The notes below the pieces were generated by a model, which worked only from the letters and a program-made list of their open reading frames with translations, had not been told where the DNA came from and ran no database searches. Shown piece after piece: positions 1 to 13,012 of a stretch of 64,000 nt of DNA. The DNA comes from Octopus vulgaris (Eukaryota), in the NCBI GenBank assembly GCA_951406725.2, contig OX597826.1, forward strand, positions 21,514,001 to 21,578,000, given 5' to 3'. Each line of letters starts with the position of its first letter. Positions within the stretch are counted from its first letter, which is position 1. The position numbers and the translations under genes were made by a program.

Positions 1-415
1 TTGAATCATCATTTAATGATAAATGAAATATTTAATGATTTATAAATTCCTAACGATCTAATTTAACTGCTAATATTAATTCCCGTTGAATACTTAAAGC
101 AATGCAGTATTATGGGAGTATTTCATGACTGCAAATACATGCTTGGTTGACCTTTTGGAAAAGTAAATTTTTAAGCTGAGTGTCGGCACGTGAGTGAAAT
201 CTGTGTGTCTCAACTCACAGTTTATCAACGATAATCTTCACAGAATTATGTAAAGATTATTGTTGATAATCTGTTGATGCTCTTATAACCTTGAACCTAG
301 CCTGTGTCAAGACTATAATTGCAGCCAGGGATAATGGACATACTGTTCGACCCAGCTGAAGTGCTCATCAAAGAATTAGCTCTCCTGGCGAATAAAGAAA
401 CAATCCTCCTCCTCA

Positions 416-722
<307 letters not shown>

Positions 723-1400
723 TCTCTTGCTTTATTTTTATAGCATGTTTTCACTGCACCACTGAGCACAACTCTTTGTGCCTTGGATATTTGCAGTGTT
801 TTATTTTGGGTTTGGTTTTTTTTATTTGCTTTATTTTCACTGACTTGAAAGTGCTCTACGTAAGATAAGCACGGTGCCTGGCTGTGCTTTTCCTGTATGT
901 TATGCATATTTGTTTGCCGTGGGGTATTTGTTTGAATGTTTCTTTTCAACCATTCCCAAAGCGCCAATTATTACAGGGAGTATTTAATTTTCCAGTCTCC
1001 ACATTTGAGTTGTCTCTATTTCCAGATCTTTATATGTAGATAATTTTTCTCTGTCTTCTATCACCCAACAACCAGTGATAATGTGACTTGTTTTATCCAC
1101 ATCTGCACATATTTTGTCATTACTTAAAGATTCTTTTGGTGATTTCTGGTGAGAAAGTTTTGGTCCTGTCTCACCACTGGCTTCTGCAATTCTTAACCAA
1201 TGTTGTCATTCTTCTTTCTTCATTTTCACCTGTTCACTTTTTCCAGGTGTTGTCTATGAAGGGTTTTTATTTGCCATTCCTTTAACATGGCATCCTGCAG
1301 ACCAATTTTCACTTTACTTCCTAAATTTTTTTCACAATTTCTTCTCATTTCAGCTTCTGCTTTGAATTTGATGGTTTCCTTAAAAGCAAAAAGAGAAAAG
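723..1400 (-). mobile_element. Diverged, internally deleted Dong/R4-like (RLE) non-LTR retrotransposon 3' fragment
   Basis: Minus strand gives EWQIKTLH, QDQNFLTRNHQK and EKLSTYKDLEIETTQMW...PVIIGALGM, homologous to the 7576-8295 ORF. The 3' UTR resembles 7384-7450. Abuts (CAT)n. Confidence 0.75.
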
Positions 1401-2489
1401 AGGAAATTGTGTGTGTGTGTGTGTGTGCACATGAACATGTATTTGGTTCATGTTTTGTCACAATTTACTTATTTACTTTAATTTTCCAGTTTTTGTTATG
1501 ATATATATTTTAGTCCTAAAATTGGATATTTTATAAATGTTTTCTAAATACAAAAAGCCATTCCTTTCTTGTATTCATCGTAAATGAGATTTTGTTTGTT
1601 TCTAAGTCCTTTATATTTAGTATATGCAAAAATGTGGGTCCTCTAACTTACCCAAGATGGCAGAAACTCTGAATAAGAAGTGACTAAGACTGTGACAACC
1701 AGTTCAACGAATATCAGCATTGGAGGGCATTTGAACTAAAGAATAGGAGGGAGCATAGCAGAAAGGACAGAGGCTTTATGCAAGGTTTTGAGAAGGTATG
1801 ATAGAAGGAAAAGCTGTTGTAGAGGAAATACATTATATAAGGGCAGGTGAGAATAATTGGTGTGCCGCTGGAAGGTGATGACGGAGTATAAGGGTGTGTC
1901 TTGCAAGATACAAGAAAGAGAAGAGAAGAATGTGTGGCAGGGGAACAGAAGTTCAGGAGGAATGGTTGGAGGGTGAAGTTAGAGTTTACAAGATATCTGG
2001 GAAAAGTAAGAGGTGGTTGGAGATGGGGGTGAGGGGAATGTAGAGAATGGTAAACAAAGGTGGGAGACCAGTAATCAATATGAGAAACTGTTAAGAATGA
2101 GACATGTGTGTTGATAGGAAGTGGCTCAAAGGAGAGGGAGTGATGACTGGCTGCACGAAAAGGGTGATCAATGTAAAATATGAGTGTGGGAGTATGATGT
2201 TAAGGATGAGCGATATCAGATGGAAGTAGTTCAGGGAAAGGAGAGAGATAATTGAGAGCACAGCAAGGATTGCTGATATATGCTTGTATCTAATTACAGC
2301 AACAGAATAATATAGTAGTTAGAAGAGTGATGGAGGGATGGGTGCTAGGGAAATGGTGGAGTAGGGGAGACAAATTGGACAAGAGACCCAGCTGTTGCAT
2401 ACACATTATGCCTCCCGAACCTTAGCTTTGCTGTGATGGATGGGTCTTCTTTAGCACCACATATTACCAATCAGCCTAGTATTTTCTCA

Positions 2490-2790
2490 TCCTCTCGATG
2501 AGGCTCAACATCCTCAGATTCACTTTCACTACTTCATCCCACACTCTTCTAGGTCTCTCCCCCCCCCCACTGCCGAGATTCCATCTGTATTAAGCGATTG
2601 ACACTTCTTTATACATCTCTCCTCATCCTCACACATTGCATATCTACAGTAGTGTTGTCTTCTCTCTGGCACATTACATCAGATGCCTCTAAAGCCCTGT
2701 TTTTCTCTCAACGCTTTTGTACTAAATGTGCAGAGGGAAATTGCACATCTAATGGAGCCAACAAGCTGCATTTGTTCTAGTCTTTACTAT
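2490..2790 (-). mobile_element. Degenerate RTE-type LINE 3' fragment
   Basis: Reverse complement of ctacttcatcccacactcttctaggtctc gives RPRRVWDEVVK, the RTE C-terminal motif also seen at 16350-16390. Confidence 0.55.
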
Positions 2791-3307
2791 GTGTCCTCTA
2801 TATTGACAGCCCATATTGTACCACCATGTAGCATTACAATTTGTACACATGCACCATACAACTTGCCTTTCACTCTGAAAGAGAAACTTTTTATTATCAA
2901 CAGAAGTAATAACTCTCAAGAAATCCTCCACCTTGTTCTTACTCACAGAACATACCCTCCCACTGCTAACTAGGTCACCTGGGTATATAAGTATGTGTGT
3001 GTGCATGTGTGTGTGTGTGCGCACATACACACATACACTTAGATTGCTTGTGTTTATTTCCTCTCTCCCATCTGGTTGAAACATGATCACATTTAGGATA
3101 ATGTATAAGGAAATTATTTAATATTTCTATCTAGTCTTGTGTATCACTTTTATTGTGTGTGTATGCATGCAAGCATATATATATAGCTGAAAAGAGGTCA
3201 AGAGTTCATACAAATCAAAAATTATAATTATAGAAGTAAATAAAGTTGGATAAGGCACAGAAGTATATTTTAGAGAATGTTTAATATTTTTGTTATATAT
3301 ATATATT

Positions 3308-3368
<61 letters not shown>

Positions 3369-3649
3369 GAGAGAGGACAGTATGGAAGACATTGGAAGGC
3401 ATTTGAACTGAAGTATATGAAATTAGAGAAAGCAGCAGGTCCATCGGGGAGAGTCAGTGAGATCCATGAAATGTCGAGGCTACACTGTGCAGTCCATTTA
3501 CTTTAATAAGCAGTTTATATGATTGAGGAAAGTGTCATAGTAAATGACCAGCACAGCTGCAGCATCATTACGGAGTGTTATGGAGGCGAAGGAGGTGGGG
3601 ATCATGAGCAAAGGTGAAGTCTGCAGGTTGAAGGACAGCAAAGAATTCA

Positions 3650-4340
3650 ATAACAGATTTAATGTACAAATAGGGAGCTATCAGGCTCTTGTTTATTGCA
3701 GCCTTCCAAGCCATGACAAGAGCTTTGACAATGCTTGTATATTGGTAAGTTTGTTCTTAATGCAGAATCTGTAGAAGTTTTAGAGAAGCAGTTGCAGACA
3801 TGGAAGAAAAACCTGGGGTCAAAGAGTCTTTAAGGAAATGTAGAAAAGAATCAAGTTTACATAAAAAAAAAAGACAGATTGGATTGTGTAAGCGTTAAAG
3901 TATTGGTTGTACTCAATGTGAAGGAAAGGAGAGAATTCCTCTATGGTGTTCCTGGTGTGAAGTAGGGATCCATAAAGAGTGTAGTGGACCACAGGTTGGA
4001 TAAGAAAGAATGTAGACTTCATATGTCGCAGGTATAGAGGGACAATAAAAAGGTCAAGGGCACATGAGAAATAGACCCCCTTTAAAGTCCAAGTGGTTGT
4101 CTATATATAGTTGATAACTTCTTTTACCTCGGGGACCTAAAAAGCTGTGAGATGGCAGCTATTCTGTATGGAAACCAGTGTAAGAAGGAGTTGGGGAAAG
4201 TTCTAGGAGCTAATCTCTATTTTTAAGAAAGGATTTCTTTCTCATAATGAAGGGCAGACTGTATGATACTTGTGTATAAACTGCATGGTAGTGAGACATG
4301 GGCCTTGCAAGCTGAGGATCTGCAAAAATTAGAAGGAAAT
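3650..4340 (+). mobile_element. Degenerate RTE-clade LINE fragment (RT and downstream)
   Basis: Fragmentary peptides AESVEVLEKQLQTWKKNLGSK, VDNFFYLGD, KGRLYDTCV and LHGSETWALQAEDLQKLE typical of RTE ORFs; many stops and frameshifts. Confidence 0.75.
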
Positions 4341-4674
4341 GGAGACTGTGTTGGTATGAGCCATGGGGACGGATGATATGGAAGATGAGAGAAGAGACAC
4401 TTGCTCAAGGTGAATGGAACATATGTAAGAAAGAGATCAAAACTTGATATGAAGGAATAAAGGCTGATTTCAAAACGTTTCATCTTCACAAAAGAGATTA
4501 GAGACAACTAAGGAGGCTGTTAATTCAGAGTGTTGAAGAGAAGAACTGTCTATCAGGCAGGTAAAATGATGATTGAAATAGGAAATCTATACAAAAGGTT
4601 TCATATGACTGATGCATGTTGTATATAACAGCAGCAATGGTGTTCAGCCATTGTAAAATTGCTTATGAAAGTGT

Positions 4675-6539
4675 TGCATAAATGGACATCTATCGAGACC
4701 TTTCGACATTGCATGTTTGGTCCATCAGGGATGCCCCCTCTCGTTGCTTCTATACTTATTGACTCTCGAGCCACTACTGCGGAAGCTGGTGACTCTGAGG
4801 GGCATCCCGCGAGAACTGGGATGCAGGACGAGCATGCCTGCATATGCGGACGACGTCACCGTCATAGTGTCAAGCCACGAGCACATCGAGCTGGTCAGTG
4901 AGACACTGAAAGACTACGAAGCGGTGACAGGAGCAAAAATCAACCGGGAAAAGTCAGTGGGCTTGTGGCTCAGCACCTAGAGAAGCAAGCCCATGCCGTC
5001 CACCAGCGCCTTCGTCAAATTGCTTGGGGTCTGGTTCAGTCCAGACCTCCAAATGAGATAACAAGTAGGGTGGTCACTCTCGCCCGGCAATGGACCGAGA
5101 GGAAACTGTCCCTTAAAGGTCGGGCGGAGGTGGTGAACATGTACATAGCATCCATCATCTACTACCGCCTGACCGTTGTACCTTGTCCCGACCCTACCAT
5201 CACCAAACTAGAATGCATTTTCTTCCGCTTCTTGTGGAAAGGATGCGTCCTGATGGTCAGGCAATCCATTTGCTGTCAACACCCGTTAAAAGGAGGGCTG
5301 GGCATGCCGTGGTTGATGATGCGCAGACACGAGCTGAGACTGTGACATCTCCAGCTCTATGTAGACAACAGTGAACAGGTGTGGTCGCCGTTTGTGAGGC
5401 ACGCCTTCCCGCAGCTTGTCTCCATGACCGAACTGCAGTCGTGGATCAAAAAGAGGCTGAGGAAGGGCGAATGGCACCACGAGTGTCACGTTGCTCTCAA
5501 GTAACTATGCTGTCCCAGGTCGACCTTGAGTGACTTCAACACAACAAAAGCATTCTATAAGGGATTAATGGAGGGCAGGTACGACGACGATCTTGGGGCG
5601 AACCTGGGTGTTGACGAAGAATACCTGACCCGCCTTTTTGAGACGACTTTCGGGCCGGGACCTATGGACAACTTCCAGGGATCCCTGGCCTGGCAGTGCT
5701 ACTGAGAAGCACTACCCATTCAGGATAAGCTCTATAGGCATGGCTCGAGAAACACGGGGCCGACCTGCCTGAGATGAGGTCAGAGCGACGAAACCGTTCT
5801 GCATGCAATCATGCAGTGTCCAACAATCTCCGACCTGTGGACTTATGTCGAAGACTGCTGTCACGTGTGGGACATGTCGGTTTATCAGACGATCTATCGT
5901 TAATATCATCATGCCTCCTTCCTTCAAACGGGAAGGAAGAGCTATTTTTATCATATTTGTGGCTATGGCGAAAGAATGTATCGGGTGGACGTGCCTGAAA
6001 GAATTAGAGACAATCACTTTCCTCTCTGGTCAATCTCTCATCAACTTCTTCAAGTATCACTTGAAAAGGAAAGTGAGAGTAGAGAGGCAAGTTCTGTCTA
6101 GTGAATGTTTTAAAAAAAGATGGGTGAATGTAGCAAGGATGGAACGTATGAATGACAAAGCCACCTTGAGTATGATCCTATGAATGGCAAAAATTTAATA
6201 CAGAGAGTTACTTATTTGTAAAAAAAAAATGTAACATGTGACTTCATTGACCGAGGTTACCATGGTCTTTTCCGTAGGCTTTTCTTTCCACGGGTAAACC
6301 TCACCTGTCTTCCCCTTTACACTTTATATTGACATTTCTGTGATAACGATCCCTATTGATTGATTTTTTCTTTTTCTTCCCCCCCCCCCCATATTTTTTT
6401 GCTTTTGCTTTCTTCTTTCTTTCCTTTTACGATCCCTTTTGATCGAAAACCAACCGCCCTTTTTATATCCCCAAAAGAAAAGCTCTACCTTGTAATTTGT
6501 CCCATCTGTGTGCAGCCCTGTGTGCCTAATAAAGAAACA

Positions 6540-6540
<1 letters not shown>
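4675..6540 (+). mobile_element. 5'-truncated Tx1/L1-clade LINE, copy 1 (inactive)
   Basis: RT motifs QGCPLS and YADDVT, GAKINREKS, RKLSLKGRAEV, GGLGMP, and a decayed C-terminal Zn knuckle (CLR*GQSDETVLHAIMQCP). Stop at 6183, AATAAA at 6528-6533, then (ATCT)n 6541-6584. Confidence 0.9.
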
Positions 6541-6584
<44 letters not shown>

Positions 6585-6672
6585 GTGCATGTGTGTGTAT
6601 GTATGTTTATTGTCAATCTCTGTCTTTATCTGTCTCTGTCTCTCTGTCTCTATCTCTGTCTCTCTCTACATA

Positions 6673-6733
<61 letters not shown>

Positions 6734-6740
6734 ATTATTA

Positions 6741-7292
6741 TTGAGTGAGAGAGCAGTGCATGCCATCAAAATGACACTGGGGTAAAATATACGAAGCCCA
6801 ATATACCCATCATGACTACCCGTCTGATAAGGGTACACCAGGCACATGCATCACAACCATATGTGCGCGACATGGTGATCTCATATCAAGATAAACAGCA
6901 CATGACCTTGCAGGTGGAGCCCAGTTAGAATTTTCTTCAGGTTGAGTAGCCCATCCCGCTCAAACGGTCCCTGAATAAGGGTTGTTTAAGGATGTTGAAA
7001 GAACCACCACATGTTTCCAGAGGTGAATTATTCAAACCCCAAAGAATCCCTCTCAACACATGGCTATGATGCTCCCCCACTACTTCTGCTCGTGATCAGA
7101 GATGCACATATCGTCAGCCACTAAGGGACATGCTCAACTGGTTAAGGTCAAACAACTGACAAGCAAATCTGTGGTATTGAGCAGAATATTTGCTGTAGCC
7201 CATCTTTTATACCAAGACAAAACAATGTACATGATAACACTTCCAATCAGTTAAGATCAGAAGCCATGAGAGCCACTGCCTGGTACTGCATC
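6741..7292 (-). mobile_element. Unclassified ~550-bp non-coding element 'X', copy 1, between (TTA)n tracts
   Basis: Near-identical to 43929-44454, 43407-43900 and the reverse complement of 52701-53293. Strand inferred from the fixed ...ctctctcactcaa(TAA)n end. Confidence 0.85.
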
Positions 7293-7334
<42 letters not shown>

Positions 7335-7383
7335 CATCATTATCATTACTATCATTACTATCATTATTATTATTATTATTATT

Positions 7384-8632
7384 CAGTAGTTTTATTTTTA
7401 TAGCGTGCTTTCACTTCACTACCGAGCGCAGCTCTGTGTGCCTTGGGTATGTGCTGTGATTTGTTGTGATGCTCTGATGGTTATTGTATGGAAAGTGTTC
7501 TGCGTAGGATGTGTGCAGTGCCTAGTAGTGCAATTTTCTGTATGTTATATGTGTTTGTAAGTCCTGGTGTTTTTGTTATGTATTTGTCTGAATATTTTTT
7601 ATCATGCCTAATGCACCTACTATGATAGGAATTGTTTCTGTTTTCAGATTCCACATCCTAGTTACCTCTATTTCCAGGTCTTTGTATTTTGAGAGTTTCT
7701 CCATTTCTTTTAGAGACACGTTGTCATCAGCCTGTATTGATACATCAATTAGAAAGCATTTTTTTTCTTCATGATCTCTGACAACTATATCTGGTCTGTT
7801 GGCCTTAATTTCTCTATCTGTGTGTATCGGCATATCCCAGAGTATGGTTGCTTTCTCGTTTTCTGTGACCTTTTCTGGTGTGTGCCTATACCATCTTTTT
7901 TCTGTTGTTATTCCATAATGTTGGCATAGCTTCCAATGTATGTAGGTTCCAACTCTGTCATGTCTGTGAATATATTCCTTCTTAGCCAGGACTGGGCAGC
8001 TAGAGATAATATGATTTATTGTTTCTTGTCCATCTCCACATATTCTGCAGTTACTTGTAATATTTCTTTTCATTACATGTTTTTGGTAATTTCTGGTGGG
8101 GAGGCTTTGGTCTTGTGCTGCAATTAAAAATCCCTCTGTTTCTGCTTTGAGTCCTGAGCTTCTCAACCATTGCTGGGATTTTTCTTTGTCTATTTCTTTT
8201 GCGTTTAGTTTAGTGCAGTATTTACCATGAAGGGGCTTTTCTTGCCATCGTTTTATCATGGCTCGTTGCTGTTCTATTTTTAGTTTGGATTTCATTTGTT
8301 TTATAGCTTTTGTTGTTTCTTCATCATCTTCTTCTTCTTCTTTGTGTTTATTAGGTGGTATGATTTCTTGTTTGTATTTGTCAGCTTCCTTAAATACTGA
8401 GAACAGTTTTTTGTTTTGCTCGTGTTTTGCTGCTATCTGGATCAGTTTTCCTTCCTTCTGAAGTAGGTATTTTTGCAGTTCTATGGTGGTTATTTTATAG
8501 TAGTTTTCCAGCTGTATAAGGCCTCTACCACCTTCTATACGTTGTATGGTTGATTTTGGGTGATGTCAGATTTTGGGTGATGCATCCTAGATCCTGTCAG
8601 TATTTTTCTTGTTTTCCTATCTATTTTGGACA

Positions 8633-8635
<3 letters not shown>
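7384..8635 (-). mobile_element. 5'-truncated Dong/R4-clade LINE with CCHC knuckle and restriction-like endonuclease
   Basis: Minus strand gives HHPKSD..EGGRGL, WQEKPLHG, AAQDQSL, CRICGDGQETINHIISSC, RHDRV, RPDIVV...LIDVSI, EKLSKYKDLE and PIIVGALG. (TTA)n on both sides (7293-7383, 8634-8795). Confidence 0.92.
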
Positions 8636-8694
<59 letters not shown>

Positions 8695-8759
8695 CATCAT
8701 CATTATTATTACTATTACTATTATAATTATTACTATTACTATTAATATTATTACTATTA

Positions 8760-8797
<38 letters not shown>

Positions 8798-9170
8798 AAC
8801 AATAATGATTTCTTTATTAACCACAAGAATAATGTACACCCACTTGTACACCCCACAACATTTATTTTATAATCTCATAAAGCATATTATAATGACATCA
8901 AATACTTATGAAAAGTGGTTAGCCATTAACTGAAACGTGACTGACAGCTAATATAGTACCTGCCCCGATAATAATAGTCCCTCCAGACTCATTTTCATAT
9001 ATACAAATATATAGATGTGTGTGTGTGTGTACATATATGTATGTGTATATGTAAAAAGATAGATAGATAGATAAGCAGATAGACGGATAGGGAGATAAAT
9101 AGATATTTATATATATATTGTTATAGTTATTGTTATTAGTATTATTATTTTTATTGTTGTTGTTGTTAAT

Positions 9171-9569
9171 AAGGTGGTGAATAACAGAATCCATTAGCAC
9201 CCTGAACAAAATGCTTAGCAGCAACTCTATGTTTTGAGTTCAAATTCTGCTGAGGTCAACTTTACCTTTCCTCCTTTCATGGTTGACAAAATAAAGTACC
9301 AGTTAAGTACTGGGATCAATGTAATCAACCCTAAAAATTGCTGGCCTTGAGCCAAAATTCTTTTATTTGTTTCAGTGATTAGACTGCAGCCATGCTGGAG
9401 CACTGCCTTGAACAATTGATTTTAGTTGAATGAATTGACCTCAGTATTTATTTTTTTTTGGTAAGCCTGGTTCTTATTCTATTGATTTCTTTTGCCAAAC
9501 TGCTAAGTCACAGGACATAAACACACCAACACTAGTTGTTGAGCAGCAGTGAGGGACAAAGACACAAAG

Positions 9570-9610
<41 letters not shown>

Positions 9611-9611
9611 C

Positions 9612-9666
<55 letters not shown>

Positions 9667-9985
9667 TATATACAACAGGCTTCTTTCAGTTTCCATCTAC
9701 TAAATCCACTCACGAGGCTTTGGTTGGCCTGAGGCTATTGTAGAAGACACTTGCTCAAGGTACTATGCAGTGGAACAGAACCCAGAACCTTGTGGTTGGG
9801 AAGCAAGCTTCTTATCACACAGCCACAAATAATTGTTATGATTATTATTAATTCCCCTAAAGTTGACTTTGCCTTTCATCCTTTCAGAGTTGATAAAATA
9901 AGTACCAGTTGTGTACTGGGGTTAATGTAATCAATTAACCCCTCCCCTCAAAATTTTCAGGCTTTGTACCTGTAGCAGAAAGGAC

Positions 9986-10030
<45 letters not shown>

Positions 10031-10400
10031 GCCAGGGTCAACTTTGCCTTTCATCCTTTTGGGGTCAATAAATTAAGTACCAGTGATACACTGAGGTCGA
10101 TGTAATCAACTTGTCCTCTCCTCACAAATTCCAGGCCTTGTGCATTTTGGAGAAAGGATTATTATTATTTTTATCATCATTATTATTATTATTAATGATA
10201 ATTATAATAACAATATTCCAAGGGCAGTGCTTTGACAGGATGGTTAGAGTCCTGAGCAAAATGTCTTGCAGTAATTATTCCAGTGCATTACACTGGGAGT
10301 TCAAATTCTGCTGAAGTCAACTTCCCTTTGCATCTCTCCAGGGTTAATAAAATGAAGAACCATTTGAGTGCTGTGGTTGAAATAATCAACCAACTTCTGG
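9171..10400 (+). mobile_element. Cluster of four SINE copies with a Meta-domain-like core (about 9171-9360, 9858-9985, 10035-10160, 10221-10400)
   Basis: Recurrent core gtcaactttgcctttcatcct...gataaaataagtaccag and a ...agaaaggattatta tail. Confidence 0.8.
9360..9826 (-). mobile_element. tRNA-derived SINE (second family) with internal (TA)/(TG) microsatellite
   Basis: Minus-strand head gtggctgtgtgataag (A box) ... ggttctgttcc (B box), followed by ccttgagcaagtgtcttc. Related copies at 18767-19000 and 40325-40520. Confidence 0.8.
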
Positions 10401-10964
10401 CCAATAGCAATTATTATTTTATGAAAGTGTGTGTGTGTGTTTGTTTGTGTATGTATGTGAGTCTGAGAGGGAGAGAAAATGAGAGAGGAGGAAAAGAAGT
10501 GAGAAAAAAAATATCAAAGAAAAAAGCCAGATGAAGAATGAGATAAATTTTTTTTTTTTTTATGTTGAATTTTAAAAAAATTCTAAAGTTCCATTTTCAG
10601 AGAAAACAATTTGTATTTGTTTGTAATTAGTTTGAAAAATTTGATAAAAATATTTGTGAGAATGGTAGAGAATGTCTGTCTGTTCCAGCAGCTGATAATA
10701 CTGATTCTTCCCCTCTTACCTACTGGTATGTGTACGTATGTGTGTAGATGTGTGTGTGTGTCTGTATGTGTAAAGATACACCCATGACGCATGCATCTTT
10801 CTGGCTGAGGTAGAATCAGGTTTGGTGCTGGGGGTAGATTCTTGCAGAAGGACAACACACAGCTGACTGCTTTCCTTCAATTCTTTACAACTTATGGTAT
10901 TCTCTTCAAAGCTGGGTTCTTATTCAAAATATATTTGAAGCAAAATAGATAACAAACACCAGAC

Positions 10965-11043
<79 letters not shown>

Positions 11044-11152
11044 TATATACTCACACACACACATTTATGATTGTATACCTTTTAAATGTTGGTATTTTAT
11101 AAACACCATTCAACTACTGTTAAACTGCATAAATTCATAATAAATTAATGAC

Positions 11153-11183
<31 letters not shown>

Positions 11184-12133
11184 TTATGTGATATAACCAC
11201 TGCCTGAACCAAGTTTTACAACTTTCCATCCATCATGTTGAATGACTTTGAAAATTTCACTGCAAGAATGCGACATTTTTAGAGCAAGCACTTTGATAAG
11301 GCTGAGGAATATGCTTCTATATTTTAGAGGCAAACCAATATTGAGTGATAAATATCATTTGAAACATGGTGGAATTAAATTTCCTTTTAAAATCCAGGTC
11401 TATTGTTCTATCAGGGAAAATATCTGAAGGAATTATGATTTCTAAATTCATTTTCTGGATTTTACCATTAAGTGGTTTTATACTGGATTATGGCATTACA
11501 AATGAAAGGTTTGTAAACAACTTTTGTTTTCAGTAATTAAAATGTTTGGTGATTATATTTTTGTCATAACAGAGAAAGTAGGAATTATTGATATTAAGAA
11601 TCAGTTTTATTTTTGCAGGAAATTTTCTGATAAACTATTTCAGAGTCCCTCAAAAAATTATTTTGATTTTGTGAGAGTGATTTAAAGTAAATGAAATCTT
11701 CAAAATTGTATAATTAATCAGTATTGTAATCATATGATGTCATTTATATATCATTAAAAAAAACCCAGTTTAAATAATTAATAATATATGCAACTCCTGA
11801 CCAAATGTGTTGAGTGCCTCTTTCTTTTATTTGCCCTCTCACTCACTCATATATAAGTAGATACATAGAAACACATATATTTATTTATATACATACACAC
11901 ACACATATAAAATATATATATATATATATGATATATATATATATATGAATATGTGTATATATATATATACACACACATGTATATATATGTATATATACAT
12001 ATATATATACACACATACACATGCATGCACATATATATATATATATATATATTATTATTATTATTAATGATAATTATAATAACAATATTCCAAGGGCAGT
12101 GCTTTGACATATTGATATATATGTGTGTGTGTG

Positions 12134-12500
12134 TGTGGAGGCATAATGGCCCAGTGTTTAGGGGAGCGGACTTGTAGTTTCAATTCCCAGACCGTGCATT
12201 GTGTGTTTTTATTGAGTGAAAACACCCAAAGCTCCACGATGCTCCGGCAGAGGATGGTGGTGAACCCTGCTGTACTCTTTCACTGCAACTTTCTCTCACT
12301 CATTCTTCCTGTTTCTGTTGTACCTGTATTTCAAAGGGCCAGCCTTGTCACACTCTGAGTCACACTGAATCTCCCCAAGAACTACGTTAAGGGTACATGT
12401 ATCTATGGAGTACTCAGCCACTTACACATTAATTTCACAGCAGGCTGTTCTGTTGATCGGATCAACTGGAAACCTCTTAGTCGTAATTGATAAAGTATCA
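12134..12500 (+). mobile_element. tRNA-derived SINE (third family)
   Basis: Head tggcccagtgtttag (A-box-like) ... gtttcaattccc (B-box-like), followed by a ~300-bp body; embedded in TG/TA repeats. Confidence 0.7.
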
Positions 12501-12592
12501 CGATATGATATATATATACATACATATATATATATATACATACATATATATATTTACACACACACATATATATATACACACACACACATACA

Positions 12593-12837
12593 TATAAGAG
12601 GGGTGACCACTAAGTGGATATTCATTATGCTAGAGGTAGATCCCATATGGTCTGACCACTAAGAAAAGATTGTTTTCAAGAAAATTCAAATATATTTTTT
12701 GTATCTTTTCATTTGTCTTGCTTGCTTACGTTCTGGTGTTTGCTGAATTTTCTTGAGAACAATCTTTTCTTAGTGGTCAACCATAGGGGTCGACTTCTAG
12801 CATAATGGATGTCCACTTAGTGGTCATCCCTCTTATA
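12593..12837. mobile_element. MITE with ~95-bp imperfect TIRs (Tc1/mariner-like, TA ends)
   Basis: Arm 12593-12688 is the reverse complement of 12744-12837. Each arm carries TGACCACTAAG twice. Confidence 0.85.
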
Positions 12838-12939
12838 CATATGTAATGTAATTTTTCTGAATCTTCAGATTTTCCAATATGCTAGGCCACTGGTTTTAAA
12901 TTGATATTAATCAAATTAATATTCAATTTTTCACCCTTA

Positions 12940-13012
<73 letters not shown>

